Shown: piece by piece, positions 62,621-64,000 of the stretch
Layout of the letters: every line of letters starts with the position of its first letter
Position numbering within the stretch: the first letter of the stretch is position 1
From: Salpingoeca rosetta
Lineage: Eukaryota > Protista > Choanoflagellata
Direction of reading: 5' to 3'
Assembly: GCA_033442325.1 (NCBI GenBank)
Contig: JAWQFM010000021.1
Location: 1,021,692-1,085,691 of the forward strand
Length of the DNA stretch: 64,000 nucleotides
Position numbers and translations under genes: made by a program
The notes under the pieces: generated by a model
Databases searched by the model: none
Seen by the model: the letters and a program-made list of their open reading frames with translations, nothing else
What the model was told of the DNA's origin: nothing

Positions 62621-63874
62621 CGGTAGAGGGGAGCGTGAGCAGTGATGCAGAGCAGTGCAAGAGCTAATCGATGTGAGTGCAATACACACACACACGAGTT
62701 CACATGGCTTGTGTTGTTGTCCCTTCTTTTGGGTTTGCACAGGTTTGCCTTCCTCCTGTACAGTGAGTGCGTTCTGCTGGGCATCTACGATGAAGCCGAG
62801 GGGAAGGTCAGTTTGGACAATGGTGGTAGCCTACACTTTCCAACAACAGCACGTGTCTGCCCATTCTTCATGCACACACACACACTTCTTGCACACACGC
62901 AAGCACGTTTGAGCTCGTGACTTGCCGGGTTGTCGACACTCGATAACGACTGCTCACACACTTCGCCTGTCGTGCTTGCGTTTCCCCACTGTCAAACCGC
63001 CTTGTCTGTAGCAACTGGCCAAGCAAGTTGCTGGCGTGGTGCAAAACGACAAAGCAAAACACCACGTGTACCTTCCGCTCGTCATTGACGTGCTGGGGGC
63101 CATAGCGGAGGAGCTGGTTGGCATCACCGCACGTGCGATGCGTCTTGGCGCTGCCGCCCAAGGCGTCGACACTCACACGGAGCCCCTCTTCCCCGTCGTC
63201 CAGGGCAAGGTGGGCACCTGCGTTTGCTTGGTTGCTTGGTGTCGTGTCGTGATTTTGTGTGCTGATGTGTGGTGTGTTGTGGTTTTGTGTAGTGGTGTAT
63301 GGTGTGCTGTGTGTAGTGTAGTGTAGTGATGGATGGTGTGTTGTGTTCGAGTGTGTACTCATAGACGCGGCGCTGTGGTGAGCGTACACCTCACACCGGC
63401 TGTCTCCACACCACGTGCAGCTTGTTCCGTTCCTGGACCAGTACTACGAGACGGTGTCTGCTGCGCTGATCAAGAGGAAGGAAGTCCTCAACGAGCGCCT
63501 CAAGCTCAACCACGCCACATTCGAGACAAAGGTCGCAGCTCTGTGTGGTTACACGTGCATCCGGTGTGCATGCGTGTATTGTCCTTTTGTGTGTGTGTGT
63601 GTTTGCGTGCGTGTATGTGTGTGTTTGCGTGCGAATTTCGCTGTTCTGCGTTAACTCGGCTGCGCCGTGAAGCTGTTCGTAGCCACCCCTCCCTTTGTTT
63701 TGACATTCGTCGGCATGTCCATGTATGTGCGTGTGTACGTGTGTACGTGTGTATACATGTGCGTGTGGTGCAGGGTGAGCTGCGGGCTGAGCAGAAGGAG
63801 CAGGAGGAGAAGCTGCAGGCTGCATTTGACGAGTTAAACGGCCACGTGCGCTCTCTCGCCAATATCATCGACAA
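61996..63874 (+). CDS. UPF2: Nonsense-mediated decay factor UPF2, 5' part (continues beyond the window)
   Basis: RPNRAFFKALDGTVKKTTAFVKKLK...LNLTKFLSEV...AMHCRYAEF matches the first MIF4G domain of UPF2. Downstream exons are in frame (…KGELRAEQKEQ). Confidence 0.9.
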
Positions 63875-64000
63875 GGTGACTTTTGAAGTTTATGTGGAGC
63901 AGTGAAACTGCAAAGTGCTGCCGTGACTCGTCTTTTCTGTCTGTCCGTCTGTGTGTGCGTGTTTTCCCTCTGCTCGCACAGGCACACACACACACACACA

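Overview
Gene-dense, intron-rich eukaryotic DNA with (GT)n/(CA)n-filled introns, poly-Q tracts and a HYR/Cys-rich receptor tyrosine kinase. This style points to a choanoflagellate such as Salpingoeca rosetta (inference). Genes reconstructed by eye from splice sites, in order: APE1-like AP endonuclease (-, runs off the left edge), BRCA2-like (+), an orphan BEACH-type WD40 tail (+), an LRR-coiled-coil-TKL kinase-ADP-ribosyltransferase gene (+), NDUFB2 (+), NASP (-), E2F (+), AIFM1 (-), a receptor tyrosine kinase (-), OLA1 (-), BRF1 (-), DCN1-like (+), TRAM1 (-) and UPF2 (+, runs off the right edge). The standout is the 5.5-kb first 'intron' of the LRR-kinase-ART gene. It holds a ~495-bp x10 tandem array in which every unit carries AG|NNN|GTACGT, a candidate 3-nt microexon with a hypervariable triplet. 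An 11th candidate (CAG|AGC|GTAAGT) lies upstream. The microexons fall exactly where the first LRR lacks 7 codons, each would specify one amino acid, and no combination can create a stop codon. This is a candidate splicing-based system for diversifying an immune-like sensor-effector protein. Also notable are near-palindromic E2F sites in the APE1/BRCA2, NASP and E2F promoters, a 629-bp duplication that could uncouple the kinase from the ART domain, and unusual accessory motifs in BRCA2.
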